Positions 1 through 14,116 of a stretch of DNA of 64,000 nucleotides are shown here, piece after piece. Position 1 is the stretch's first letter, and the number at the start of each line of letters is the position of its first letter. Both the position numbers and the translations under genes were made by a program. Origin of the DNA: Catajapyx aquilonaris (Eukaryota); NCBI GenBank assembly GCA_000934665.2, contig JYFJ02000332.1:62001-126000 (forward strand), given 5' to 3'. The notes below the pieces were generated by a model. It was not told where the DNA came from, did no database searches, and saw only the letters and a list, made by a program, of their open reading frames with translations.

Positions 1-3000
1 AGCTAGTCTAGGAGGAGCCCCCGCCCTTTTTTTGGGGTCAAGTACAAAACCCCCTCCCAAACTGACCTCGCCACAAGGCCACTAATGAACCTGGCACGTG
101 ATTAAGCTTATCACGCCGACCACAGGACGGATAAGGGGCGTAGTTAGAACAACGGCGGCGAAAAAAAAAACACGCTAATGTGCAGCAAGGGTTTATGGAA
201 AGCACCTTGGATTATAATGACCAAGTGGCCTTGTAACCTACACACAAGCATGTCCAAGGTGGCTACGAAAAGAAGCTTCGAGCATATAAACGATGTGATA
301 TCGATTCTATAGCAGGTGGGCTTTCCAGTTTACTACTTGCGTGCCTTTACAAGCACATTTCATTAGAAATTGTGACGTGACCTATTGCAAGGTCGTCCTT
401 TTGTCTTACACGCCAATCATTTTCAATGTATCGGACATGAAAGTCGGAAATGTTCACAGTTTTCAATAGTATCGAGTTAATTGTTTTACTATCAGTATAG
501 TATCAGACCTATTTGTTTGCAGCTCCCAACAGGTATAGGCCGGACCCCGGACTATCTACGTGTCGCAAAAACCGCCTGTATTATTTAAAACCAGGCCGAG
601 TAGTAAAAGTGTCCTATTCCAAAATAGTTTCTTGATAGTGGCCAGGGAGCAGCATATCCTACGCGGCAGATCCACCACGTTCGGTTTTCCGCGGCCAGAT
701 GGCACTAGCTCCACCAAATACGGGCCTACTGTATTATGAATGACGTTACACCAGCAAAATGCACAATTAGCTTCAAATAGCTTAGGCAATGATCACTAAC
801 GACATTAAAATGAAGCCTAAATAAACGGATGAAAAATCATTCAACTCGTAACAAGACATTCAAAAAAATAATAAATTTATACTGTAATTACTACAATAAT
901 GGTATGCACATGTTATTACCACCCTTGATTTATTACATTCATATGCGTCGTGGGCCGTACGTGCTCGATTATAGGCCAACATTTAATGGGAGTCAAGATT
1001 GGCCCGGTTCTCTCCATGGAATCAAGATGCAATTAATTTTTCAGGGGTTCATAAAAGTGGTGTATTATGCCACAACCTTGCAGGTTCCTTTTTGTTCCCT
1101 TTGCAAGGAGGTAGGTATGACATTTTCTTGTTACGAGAACTTCTCATTAAAACCCCAAGAATTCCTAGTGGGAGACAAGGAACTGCACAGTGGAACAGAG
1201 CTGCGCCGAATGTAATAAGAAAGTAGAATGAAGGTTCATTAGGTTCAGTCCAGATTAGCCAGGATCGTGTACTGTATGGGAACATTATGAACTGTACAGT
1301 AACGGAGACGCACTCAACTCACATGACCAGTATAACAATATTAACAAAGCCCTTTTACGTGCAGTCATAACTAATATTGGCTTGGGACTCCAGCAAAGTG
1401 GCCCTTATTTGCCTATTTGCCCTACATTTTAAGCTCCTAGCAACCTGGGTCAGAGGACCAAAATTCCAAAAATGCTACATTGTGCCCCGCGCCATTATGT
1501 AATATTGATCCCTGTCGCGATCTTCCAATAGCAAATCCCTTTTCCCTCTCCCGTTATATCCCGCGATCTTTCGCATCGCTTAACCCTGACAGACACCCTG
1601 ATTGGCCTGTATAGTCAAAGGAGCGGATTTGTACGGGCTGGTAGGATAAGAAGCGAGTGATAGACTGAGCTCTTCTAGACAAGCAACCAGCCACTTTGAA
1701 TGCTTTCCGTCCTGCCGAATACCTTCATGGCTGGGCCCAATTTGGTCACGTGACGGCCACCGAGCCGCGTTGACTATCGACCGACCCACTTCCTCCAAAT
1801 CAACACTCACATCCTACTACAATCTCTCTCACCCACCACCACCCACCCCCCAAGTTCCTTCTTCCTGGGTAGCATCCCTTAACTTGGTTCGTCACCCTTC
1901 CGCCAGATTAATTAAGGTAATTAGCAAACTGATATGCCTGTTTATTTAGCTAAGTTGCCGCCACATTTTGCAGAAATATGCGCACTGCCGTATGGGATAT
2001 ATTGAATAATGTAATGTACCAATCGATCGTTGCCTAGTAAAATAACACAACAATAGTTTCCACGCAAGGGCTCGCGGATTATCGACATGGCCAGTATCCT
2101 CCATGGGGGGTACACTCCAGTTCATAACCCAACTGTCAACAAACACTGGCTGGCATAGGAATTATTGATGCCCTCCTCCTGATGTCCTGAGGTCTCCTGA
2201 TGTCACGGAAAGAATGAATTTTGTAGCATTTTTTTTTTTTCCATGTCCCGTGCTAGGGCCGAAAGTAGGGGGGCGGGAATACCACCATATTTTGTAGCGA
2301 TTTGGTAGGAGCAAAAGCGCCTGAAAACCATGCTTCCCGCTACACAAGAGAGGCACTTTGGTTGCATACTTATTAGGATGAAGCGCTTCTTATGACCTTG
2401 GAATTGCCACCTCATTATCCCTGGTGCATACATCGATTTGGCCGGACAAGTATATATGAACCGGTACACGAGGCGAGTAATCAGCCCATTGGCGACAAGT
2501 ACCGGAATTGCACTATTCCACATTTTGACACGTGTGCAAAATTCAAACCCGTCCGGGGAACAAAGGGAGACGTCATATGGTGCCAGGAAGAGGACGTGCC
2601 ACAACACGTCAATTTCCACGAAACCGATTCTATTTCCAGGACACGCACAACGTCCTGTCCTGTGGAATCAGCCCCCAGTTTGTCGCTACACGGCTATGCG
2701 GACCACGTTGAACATATCTCCTTTCTTTCGAAATTTCACTGGGACACATCAGGCTCCCTGGACAACTGGGAAGGTACACATCTCAGTGTGCAGTACAAAC
2801 TGTCTGCGGCATGTTGCTGCGACGAATATCTGGCTAGTTCATATTGTAATCTCACTAGTTACTCAAATCAAATAATAGTAGACTATAAGCGCTAAATCTA
2901 CTCACTGCTGCGTCTTATAAATGCGGCTTTTAGTCGGATTAATCCTGCATAATTCAAAATCAGCCCACGTACAAACGGAAATGGAATTAAGAGATGGCAC

Positions 3001-6000
3001 GTAGACGACAACGTACCCACCACATTAACCTTTCTGTCCTCATGCAGCATTTTGCGTCACAGTACGTCACTTTCCACGAATATAGTCTACATGCTTTTCT
3101 GCAAAAAAATTGGATTAGCAATTTGGGATGCTCGCAATTATTGTTACGGTCAGCGACGACGCTTTTGTGTATCAGATTACTTCGTTACCTTTATTGTCAT
3201 GCCATCTTTTTCAGCTATGACATCCGGAATATACATTTGCCCAATTACGCTCTTTCTGTCTGTAACTTGTAAGGAGTCGGACCAATATTTGCACCAAATT
3301 GCGACTGTAGGAAGACTAGGAACAGAAAGTTTCGCTCCCTGCGACAAAAATCGATCCGGAGGCGATTTGCAAACAAATAAGATTTTGGTCGCAATCATAT
3401 GGTTCAGCGAAAGTGGAAGGTGGAAATTCTACTTGTCCAAGCAATCTTTGGGCGTGAAGAATTGCAAAAGACCCCCACAAAGACCAATCGTGAAGCTGGA
3501 GTAAATGGTGTAGACATTCTCCATCAATTGCCGAAACTTTTTTTATCCCAGCAGCCTTTACTGCATCCTCATTAAGCCCCGGTTTTTAATCGTACCTCAA
3601 ACCAGTAATCTTTCAAGGGTCGACAATCCTATATTTTGCCCCACTATTTATTCTACGTAATTTATGACCCGAACGCTGCATTTGTGCCAAAACTAATTTC
3701 AATATCTCAGGCTCTAGAACTTGCGCCGAGAGCAATATAGAGAAAAAATATGGCCGCTGAAAAGTAGTGCTTAAACCAGCAGTGTGGATCATAAATAAAG
3801 AATAAGTAGCTTAAGTTCCGCCGTTCGCCAACAAAAAAAAATTCTCACGCTACTGCCATATCAGCACTATAAAAAAAACGTGAAAAAAACTCTCACCTTG
3901 TTCCATTCCAATATAATACGACAACCAATGTGTCATGCCAAAACAATGTTGCAGCCTTCTAACCCCCCAAGAATTCAATCTGAAGGTGCAATCTCAATGT
4001 TGGGTCAATTTCTCAGTCATCCCAACGTCTCCGAAATCGATTTACAGCTCTTTTCACTCCATGACTAACTTACGACCACCTTATCTTTTATCCCTGACTA
4101 GAGCTCGCGATCTTTTAGCGTGTTCTCTCCGCGAGCACTTGCAGCCACACCACTACCTTTTTTTTTAACGAGCTCTGCACAGGTATAAATGACACCAAAG
4201 TTTCCTGGCGGACATTCCGCAATTTGCGGAGCGCAAACTGTACCCTTCAACGATGTCGAGTAGTGTCGAGTTGTTCTATGCTGGATGACTGGGCTGGCAA
4301 TTTAGTCATGTTGCATAATGAGTCTCTTGACGTATGGTGTCTTTAGCTGCTCACACACTGTCCGACAGTGCTAATGGACTGTATGGCCATCAGTCTGGGC
4401 ATTATTCTGCATCGTTATGTGAAGGTTAATATGAAATGTCTCAGGATAGTTTTAAAAGAAAGGGAGTAATTAGCACGACGCTTTCTGTAGCTAATTGGCG
4501 CACTGCTCAAATATGAAAAGGCAGGCACGTCGCAGGCATAGTGCAGAAAATGATAGACATGACTGACATTTTGCTTATGCAACTCTCAGGCCTAAACAAA
4601 AATTCCCTGCACTGCAGTTGTCATCAGCGATGTTCAGAAATTCTCTCTGGAACAAAAGTTAGCGCACATACAGACGGATGAAAATCTTGCGGACGCTAAC
4701 TTTCACTCTTGTCTACCTCCTGGTGTTATTACAGGTTAGACTTTAGAGTATTTTTCACCCATAAACTTCCCCACATTCGCCAGTTATCTGGCATCCGTAA
4801 CTTTCGTAGTATCGAGGTATGGCCATCATCACCTCTTAGTCATAGAAAGGTATGGTCTGAGTGACAATTTTAAATGAGCATATTTGTCTCCAATGATTTC
4901 CCCACGATGGGGGTATATCTAAAGGTGTGTGCGTGTGTGTCGACAGATAATTATATTCCAATAACTATTTCCCAGGAGGCAAAGTCAACTATAACTTTAT
5001 GACACATTATGTTAAAACAACATGTGCAATGGAATACGGTAAAATTAGTTTCAGTGTGCACATAACTCGCGTGTGGCAGCAATAACAGAACTATATAATA
5101 TTGATTATAACTTTAATCTGCAAGTGCATCAACCGTTTTATATGCCATTCATAAATCCCAGGATAAAACAGTTCTTCTTTCTACATTCCCGACTTGTAAA
5201 AATCATGGCCGGCTTGAGCCTATTATTCTCTTTTTTTGCTCACATTTAATGTTATAAATTCTTCAGAATGTTGGAAGAATGGAAAGGAAAATCATTACTG
5301 CACCTGCCGCCCACATGCTTATAACCTTATACGTACACATTTTCCACATTATAAATTCCCTTCAGGAAAAGAAATGACAAAAGAATAGACATTGCAAGGG
5401 TAACTATGAAAATTAAAACAAAAAATTCTGTCTCTGGGTCGGCTTACATGAAGCTTATTGTTAGTAAAAAAGTTTGTGATTAATAATCATGTGAAATACG
5501 CAGTAATTATTATTGCATTTCTACCCCAATCAATGTTGGCGGATAATAACTAAGTTAATGCACCTGTGCAGTGTTATATTCTTGAATGTCGGAGTTAAAT
5601 GGCGGCGTTAACTTGAATGCACAACATCAGTTGTTTATCAAATAATAATCTTATTATCTCAGAGTAGCGTCCTCATTGGCATATTCAAGCGAATGACAGC
5701 ACATTCTGCAGAGCAAAAACCTGATGAACTGGATGACTCTTCGACCGAATCTCATATGACTGAAAAATCTGAGCAGAAATTCCATTCTACCAGTATGAGT
5801 TTGCCGAGGCCAATTGACCCCAGCATGCCCGCCTCTGCATGTCAGCATTTTCTTTTGTTTACCATACTCCTACCGAACCCATCAAAAGGTCCAGTCTCTG
5901 ACCAATGTGTCCACGCGTCATTGATCCTCTTAACCGACCCGGTCGTTACCAACTTACCATCACGCGACATGTACCGCTTGACGACGGAAACAAACCTTGC

Positions 6001-6057
6001 TGGAAGTCCAGTAATAGCCTCGCAGAAAATAGCAAACCGACTTCATGCGTCTCTTAC

Positions 6058-6243
6058 CTGCGTGTAGAACCTTCGTACGTTGTCCCTCCTCTTGACCTCT
6101 CTGGTGATGTGAGGCAGGGTGATCTCTGCCGAGCAAATGGACACCATGTCTTCGTTGAGGCATGGGTTGGATGGGACATCCGAGAGTGCATGTGGGCCAA
6201 GGCCCAGGCGCCTCTGGAAGAGCAGTGGCGTGTAGCTGGCCAT
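6058..6243 (-). CDS. Probable first coding exon of a minus-strand gene continuing beyond the left edge (MASYTPLLFQRRLGLGPHALSDVPSNPCLNEDMVSICSAEITLPHITREVKRRDNVRRFYTQ); product uncertain, possibly the N-terminal tail of an MFS/Tret1-like sugar transporter
   Basis: Start context AAG ATG G, GC3-rich codons, and a strong phase-0 donor CAG|GTAAGA. An upstream pyrimidine-tract acceptor (tgtttgtctccttcgcagcag, ~6311-6331) is followed by stops in all three frames, so this looks like a 5'UTR plus start exon. No downstream exon was found in 1-6050. The transporter guess rests only on the '...RRFYTQ|' ending. Confidence 0.55.
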
Positions 6244-8309
6244 CTTCACCTTTTTCTGACACCATTCGCTGGTGCTTGGAAGCCTTTTACACTACTCGGG
6301 TTCGTTGTCCTGCTGCGAAGGAGACAAACACACATTATAATGCGTCATACAGTATGCACAAAATGATGATCCAAGTATGGCGGCGCACAGGGATGATGTT
6401 ATTAAGTGGGCGGTGCCTCTGTTTATTTAAAAGCAGATCTGGCTCTTTCACTAGGTTTCAACTATAGGAGATACGCAGTAGGGCCTGTTTTGTATACCGA
6501 ATACGCTGTGCCGGATCTGATAAGGTCGCAGTGTACTTCAATCCTTTAATAGGATTTCGGGTCGGATTGGGCATTTTCATCGCTTAAGCATCAGCCATAG
6601 AAGGCGCCAATTGAAAAAAACTAATTGGGCCCCAAGTGTCGGACATGCAATAATTCTGTACCACGTTCCCAAAAGCCATGTTAGCATTGACAGTTGGCCA
6701 GACCGAAATCCTCCGGATCTCCTTGTAGCTCGGAACACGATTAATCCAAAGCCCCTAAATGAAAAGGCCGGATTCAGTGAATATTGATTGGGAAGAGGGT
6801 AGATGGAATAATTACAATTCCGTCACTTATAACCGGCAGTATTTTGTCCAAGGCGAATTTTCAATTATTTTTTAAATTTTTTTTGCATCACCCAGTTTTT
6901 CACTAGTTCATTGCCATGCAAGACATTTGCGACTGCATTCCACATTCATAAAGGCCGCATACGTGACGTGATTGCACACTGTAGGGAAACTGTATGGAGG
7001 ATGAGCATATTGAAAACTCAGTTTAGGACTAAATGTTAATGCGGTGGAGTGCCTACTATTACATTGAGTCCTCCGGCATGCGCCATCTGCCCAATTACAT
7101 TACAGAGGAAAATTCCACGCACAGATTATCGGGGCTCGTCCTAAAAATGATCAATAACCGAACTAGCAGTACATGTATCCCTTTGTTCCCTTGGACATAC
7201 GAATGTCTGTCGGGGTGTCATCACCAACCTGCAAACCTGTCATCCGCAGCCCACCGTCCACCGACCACACTGCCAACAAGTCCGATGCTGTTGCTGCCAC
7301 AGGTCTCGTCCGTAGGCATGTGCCGGAGGTACCAAACCCCGAGCCGACCTCCCTCCCTCCCGATCGAACGAGTCGGCTGTCTCCGCTCGCGATTCCGGCC
7401 CCCGGAACACACCCCCGCCCGTATACCCCTGTCTGCTCACGTGACCTGGGCCCAATCCGGACTCGTCTTCTGCATATTTGCTACAGATTTTTGTCCTCAC
7501 AATCCGATTTTTTTTATTCGTGTCATCAGTCATTGGGGCAAGTGCAATGCACCGTGTATGTTGTATTTGCGCTGTTGCAGTGGATAAGTTGCGTGCACTG
7601 CGTTTGTGGGGAGCTGGATTATTTGCACGGGACAGGAAAAAGGCAGGTGGCATGTAGTACCTGGGTGACACATGGCTGCGATTTCTGGGAATCTGAATCA
7701 GCTTTCATGAATGGGAGGTCGGAGAATTACGTCACCCTGGCCTGTTGAATAAACTGCATGTCTAGGAAAGGCTACATCTAGGTAGTACTCCTGGATGGAT
7801 TATTCTCATCTTGTTTTCTGGTTAGGTTCATGCTTCTGGGATATTATTGATGTTTTGATGCTCCAGGAAGCTGTACTCTGCGGAACTTGTGCATGTGAAG
7901 TAGCCTACAGACTTATACATGATGCAAAATTAAATGACGAAAAGTAACACCAATAATGATAAAATGCCGGTTACCAAACCCAAGTGGTCCAAATAGAGAA
8001 ATGGCTGCAACTCTCTTCTATTCAGAAAGCCACCTCTCTTTTCGAGTTATTTACTCGCATCTCGTGACACGATGTTTTTTAACAGACAGTGCCGAGTAGC
8101 CAGATTCATAATGGTTTATTGGAGTATAGTCGAGGCAACTAAGGCCAGGAGGCACGCAAATCTTGTGATATAGAGACACATACTGGTGAACATTTAGATT
8201 GCATTTTTAATGGTGCGAAAATACTGTAAACGGCTCTATACAATATAGAGAAGTTCCTTCCAAATAATTGTCCCAGATAAGTATGAAAAGATGCCATGTG
8301 AATTTTAGG

Positions 8310-8527
8310 GGATCATCTTTTAATTGACAGTCTTTAATCATTGCCTGCGCTGTGATGGATTTTGATTGTGGGAGGAAACGGGAGAACCCCGAGAAAACCC
8401 ACGCGAACACGCAGAGAACCCATCGAAACTCTATCCACATTAGTATCCTCCGTCCGACCCGGGGATTGAACTCGGGACATTAGAGGTGGAAGGCTGCGGC
8501 GCTAACCACTCCGCCATCGTGCCGCCC
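8310..8527 (-). mobile_element. tRNA-derived SINE with V-domain-like central core
   Basis: Minus strand reads GGGCGGCACGATGGCGGAGTGGTTAGC (A box) ... GAGTTCAATCCC (B box), then GTGTTCGCGTGGGTTTTCTCGGGGTTCTCCCGTTTCCTCCCACA, which resembles the V-SINE conserved domain as I recall it. The 3' boundary is approximate and no TSD was found. Confidence 0.8.
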
Positions 8528-11463
8528 TAAAATGAGCCTAATTATATAGGCTGTCACAAATATAAAACACTTTAGTTAAGTATACAAAATGTACGTTCAC
8601 ATAATACTGTAGTCCCATGCCGTTTCATAGCAGCAGTTGAAACTCGTAAAATGATACGGATATGGACATCCACATTCAACGGCTACTGTAAAGACTAGAT
8701 GCTGATGTTGCAGGCTCTTCAGTGTCTTCACTACTTCGCACAGGTGGGTATACTTACACGGCAGCTACCGTGAAGGGCGAGAAGGACATTTAAATCAATC
8801 AAGATGAAGAAATATCCATGGTGGGAATAAGCCACCGTCGCGAAGCAACTGCAATTCAGAGGCTTTCTCATCACTGCACTGCAGTGGAAGAAAGTTGGAT
8901 ATAGCCTAATCTTTGATTAGAAAATGATGTTATGAGTGCATGAGAGCAATTCTTGCTATATGATTCATGTGTTACAAGGTGATAATGACCTGGTGAAGCC
9001 AGGCACGGAGGAAAAATCCTTTATATATATATATTTTTTCTAGTCTTCTGGAAGACCCTGCGTGCCACCTGTGGACCACACCCTTCTATACACTTGACAC
9101 AAAAAAATTCTGCGACACATGTTTGCACACTGTCATAACTTTTGCCTCATATCACGTACTGAATACCTTCTACATGGTTACAGATAACCTATTATATCTA
9201 TAACTCACAAATATATTGCAATAGGCAGAATATCCGGAATAAATTGACCAAACTGAGGCATCAGATGATCAGAAGATAGTTGGCATCTTCGATGTAAGTT
9301 TGATTGTTACTTCTGGTTTCTACTGACAGTATAGGATACTGCATATTGGACTACAAAAATGGGAGACTACGGCTGTGATGAGTAAACTTCAGAAAATAAT
9401 ACTGACTTATTCCCCAAGGTATACCGTAAGTTCACTTTGGTTTTAGAAAATTATATATCCAGAAACTTAATGCCTAATGCGCACTTACTGCAAACTTGAG
9501 ACCAACTGATGCGTGGCAAAAGTTCTTGCTTGTAGTCGACTCAGCTTGCAAGAAAAAAGTTCAGACACAAAGCACAGGCAGGGGATTGCGTCTCACCAAA
9601 CTCTGCAGCATCCCCAGAAAGTTTTTAAAAAAATATGTGGGAAAAAAAACTTTCCTTCCTACTTTCGGCTTCATATTTCGGAGATATAAAATGGCCTAGA
9701 TATAAAATGTTAAATATAACTGATGCTGCATTTCATCAACCAAACTCGGACACGTACACGCGTCCCTGCTTCATTCACAGTTGAAATGCTAGGGGTTATT
9801 GAATGTTCCACAAGTCACAAGTCAAGATTCGTTTCATGCAATTAGTAATGCATTCCTTGACCTTTAATTTCACTGGAAAGTAAGCTATTTTTAAGTTTTG
9901 TTCTCGTCCGTGCGTTAAATATTATATGGCAGTCACATGTCGCCGGCGCCCAGGCTTTGTTCCATAACTATATTCTGCATGAGAGCTAGAGCCACCTGAA
10001 GTTACAGTCTGTCCTGTACCAAGCAACGCTTGGGAATAATGCACATACCATGTCCCCTGAGGGCAATGACAGTTTAATACCTAAGCAAGGTATTAAAATG
10101 ACCATTTTTATGCACATAATATAATCACTCTAACTTGGTTCTACCTTATGTAGCTTGTGACCACGGGCTTAAAAATGTAAAATACGCTGGTGTACCAGTG
10201 GTGTACAGTATGTATATATGAAGAGGCCAATGAACTCCTTTCTTACTCTACCTACCAAGATTGTTCAGTGCATTTAGAGACAGGTGACTTTCAGTATAGC
10301 ACGTTCTGCACACTGACACGGACTTAAAAATAAAGGTAGCCTATACCTATGTACAAAAGAGCATCAACTCACGTATAAAAACTGATGCAAACCATTATAA
10401 ATATTATGTTTAGCAATATATCACGCAATAATCAGTAGCTTTTCGCGACGTACAGTAAGCCATATTCTTTAGTTCAGTATGGTACAAAAGTAACAAAAGT
10501 AACACCGTATTTCACAAAGAAATGAACGGCAAAAAATGATGAAGAAAATAACACGCGCATTCGGATATGGAAGATAATAATATTCCTTGCACAGACATTC
10601 GAGAAGACTCGACGCTGTAAGCGGCCCGATATTTTCCGAGGTGGTCAAGCCAAAGTTTCAAATGTCAATGTAACGAACTTAGGTTGAACACGTTACTGTC
10701 GTGTGGATGAGCTTCATCGAGATCACGATATCGTTGTTCTCGACGACAGTGACTATATTTTAATTATTCTGAACCTTCACTTTTCAACTTTCTCAAAACT
10801 ACACTAGTATGTGAATCTTCGTCAAACCTGAGGCTGTGGAAGACTTAACTGCACATTTCTCGAGCGTCTCGAACTTGAATGCTCATTATTTTATCTTTAA
10901 TTATATTTGACAGAAACGGACTGAACACAATAAACGTATCAAGCAAACAAAAAAGGACATATAACGTGACTGTACAGATGAATGATAATCATTCCACTAC
11001 GCCTAATTCTTGTAACATGAGTCCAGTGCAGTGCTCGGATAACATGCAAAGTTTGAGTAAGTTAATTCAGTGCAAATGAGAGCCTACAGTCACTAATATT
11101 ATATAATTTTGTAGTACTTTCCGTGCACTTCCTCATAGGGTAAGATCGCCATTAAAAACTTAAGTGCCAATAAATAGAATTATTACAATAATAGATTTGC
11201 AAGTTATTGTATCATGCATGTATATTAAGTTGCCTATTTACACTTCATTATGTGTGGAAACATGAAAGTAATTAAAATCTTCCCTGCTACTGGTATCTTC
11301 ATTGCAAACACAGAGTTTGTAGGGATGATTGACATAATTATGTGTTCCAGTGAGGAGGTTAGTTTACTTAGAGTTTGATGAACAATAAGGTATGGTATAT
11401 GTGCTGTATATTCGGGCATGTACACTGCAGTACTCACTGAAGGTAATGAAGATTTTCATGAAT

Positions 11464-11464
<1 letters not shown>

Positions 11465-11506
<42 letters not shown>
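11465..11506. repeat. (CT)21 microsatellite
   Basis: Uninterrupted CT run; it explains the REREREE/LSLSLS ORFs in the track. Confidence 0.98.
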
Positions 11507-11510
<4 letters not shown>

Positions 11511-13821
11511 AACCTCAGTTCAGTTGACAATGCAAAACGCATAAAGAGGCATACTGCGTATAATATTGACTCACTGGACTTTGTGTTACAATGTGTACTA
11601 ATGTGTAGTTTATAAGGGCATACAGCTACAAGCAGTGTACACAAAATCCTAATTAATATTTTGTACTGTAAGAAACATAACTGTATAGTAACTGACATGG
11701 AAACTAAACAGATTAATACTGGATGAGACGGTTCCTACTGGTTGTTACTAATATTTTTTCCACCCAACAGTACAGCATAATCAGATGGCCTGCAGAGAAT
11801 CCCAGTCAGAATAATTCTAAGGTAATAATATCAATGACTGCAGCAGAATTTTGGCCACTACCGGCATGGTTTTTGATTGTACCCCTCCGTGACAACGGTA
11901 AGTAACTAGCCTTTAGTATCACCTTCCAAACATGCGCTTCATTCTCGAAGTAATCAACACATAAGCTCGCTTTCCTTCCAACATTTAACTGATGTTCAAG
12001 AAGACACCGCATTAGGAGGGTAAGACCCGGGTAAGACGGACTAACTGTTACAGAAACTGCAATATACTGCTACACAAATTAATGCAGCACTTACAACTCA
12101 TAATGGCAATCCTGTGTACTGAAGGGAGCTGCCTACTTATACACAGACAAGAAGTTTCTAAACTGAGCTTATACTTGACCTTGTTTTAAAGTGTTCCCCA
12201 AGGTACTACTACTTGTGCTACCCCAGTATGACAGACTGAGAAATGTACTGTCTGTTGCTATTTTATTTCGGCCAAAAGTATCCTGAGGCTACACGACCAT
12301 CAGCACACTGCGGTGTTTCTTTCTTCCCTCCAGACAACTTCATCTCGGGCTTGCGCTACTGACTTTATATCACCATGCAGGGTAAGTTTGACCTAAACTA
12401 TACGAGCATCTGACCAATGCTACAATATTTCCTTTTCACAATCATATGAGATGACGAGGAATGCTGCGTCATTCTTGCACTTCATTCGTTAGAAATTCAT
12501 TACGAATTAATACATTCTGTGCCAGTCCCTCATATTTTCCCAGAAAACATTTCAGAAGCAGCTGAGTTCGGCGGAAAATGAAGGCATACGTGTATATACC
12601 ACCGCAGTTTCCAGCTCTCCAACCATTTCAAGTGGCCAACTCCATCGTAAGTTTCCCGGCGCAGGGCCCAGATACACCTGCAGTCCAATAATTGCATAGA
12701 ATACAGTACTTCGAAGCCAGAACTGGACACTTTCCACGGCTGACCTGGGAAATCGATACTCTCCCAAGACTACTAGCAGTCGGAAATCGGACCATGTATC
12801 ACGATCCAATCTCCGATAATCGCGTGGTCATAGACGCAAATAATACTGCGCAAAACCGTCGCAACACCAGTGGACGAGTTAAAAACGAATTAGTAGGAAG
12901 GCATCTGTTTGTCGGGTTGGAGTATTACTGCAGGAAGGGTAGTATATCTCGAAATGAGCAAAGGGAGCATTAACTTGGAGCAAGGCCGTATTGGGAACGG
13001 AAAGCACCACCTGATCCATTGAAATTTGTGGCCCAGGTAAATATCCTCTACAGCCCAAGCATGGAAACTCATCTGGATCCCAGAAGGTAGACTGCAATCT
13101 TTCTGTTAGCCAAGAGGAAGTATCGATTTGACCCGATGGAGTTTGGCCCTCTCTCTATGTTCTTGGATAGTAATGGGAGGGAAAGGAGGCGGGAGGAGGT
13201 GGGAGTGTTGCCTGGCTGGGATTCTATTTCGCCAAGAATAATAGAGAAGGCAGAAAATGTGGCTGCAGGCGATAAAAATTATGGCTTGCTGGGAAATGCG
13301 CCTTTGCCACGCCGCCTCTCTCTAGCGCAATATCTTACGCAGTCAGCATCGACCCTGCGCACCTAACAACACGTATACATACACTCGTTTGTGAACAATG
13401 TTCAAATGCCACTTCTACTTCGTTACTTGTCTGCTGTCTGTCAGAAATCATTTCGAGTAATCCTATCATTTCTTGCACCGTTTAAAATGTCTTTAAAATA
13501 TGTTCTTGCCTGAAATTTATGCCACGGATCGCTTCTCCGTAATGGATGTGGCGGGTTCAGATGATGGAATGTTTTATCGAACTAACAGAAGTGATTGGGA
13601 GCGTGGACCTTCGTGCTCCGGTTAAGGTATTACAACAGCTACACATATAAATCGCTCAATTTGTACGGTGGCCCACAGACCGTTTCTGGTGACTACTCTT
13701 GGTTGACTTGTGCATGTAGAATTATTACAGCATTAACGAATGAAATAGTGAACCTATCATTAAAAAATACATGTATTACTTCCGCTTTCAGTAATTGCTT
13801 GCTTTACTTCCATGAAAATCA

Positions 13822-14116
13822 CCGAAGCAGTAGTGGTGTAGTGGTATGGTGACCGACTGCTAATCGGGAGGTCCAGGGTTCGAATCCCGGAGGCCGGCGA
13901 CCCTGACCATGGTTTTCTGTGGTTTCCCATGGTCCTTGCAGGATAATTCCGGGGTCGTTACCGTAATATAGGCCACAGCCGCCTCCTTCCTACCCTTTCC
14001 CTGCTTTCATTCCGGTGATGAGAAAAATAGTAAAAATGGAAGAGTTCCAGACAAAAAAAATTGGGAGAAATCCCCCCCTAGGAAAGCCCGTAGGCTGATA
14101 ATGGGGTATCAAATTA
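13822..14116 (+). mobile_element. Full-length tRNA-derived SINE with 18-bp target-site duplication
   Basis: A box TGGTGTAGTGG (13834-13844), anticodon-like arm CCGA-CTGCTAA-TCGG, B box GGTTCGAATCC (13877-13887) and a non-tRNA body. It is flanked by the identical direct repeat TTACTTCCATGAAAATCA at 13804-13821 and 14117-14134. Confidence 0.92.

Noticed and set aside
829..3504. Several 120-170 aa ORFs (829-1215, 2203-2619, 2392-2895, 2438-2875, 3052-3504)
   Set aside because: They overlap in several frames with no codon bias, recognisable motif or coherent splice structure; they are probably intronic to the minus-strand gene.
7033..7748. Overlapping 143-191 aa ORFs
   Set aside because: These come from a GC-rich promoter/UTR-like block that is poor in stop codons; no family resemblance.
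12015..12400. GGGTAAGAC repeats resembling DNA-transposon terminal motifs
   Set aside because: No matching inverted end or TSD was found.
12530..13366. Possible exons or viral insert in a GC-richer block
   Set aside because: No frame gave a recognisable protein; stops occur in all frames.
13826..13900. Possible tRNA-Ser(GCT) gene
   Set aside because: No acceptor stem and no long variable arm; it sits within a TSD-flanked SINE.
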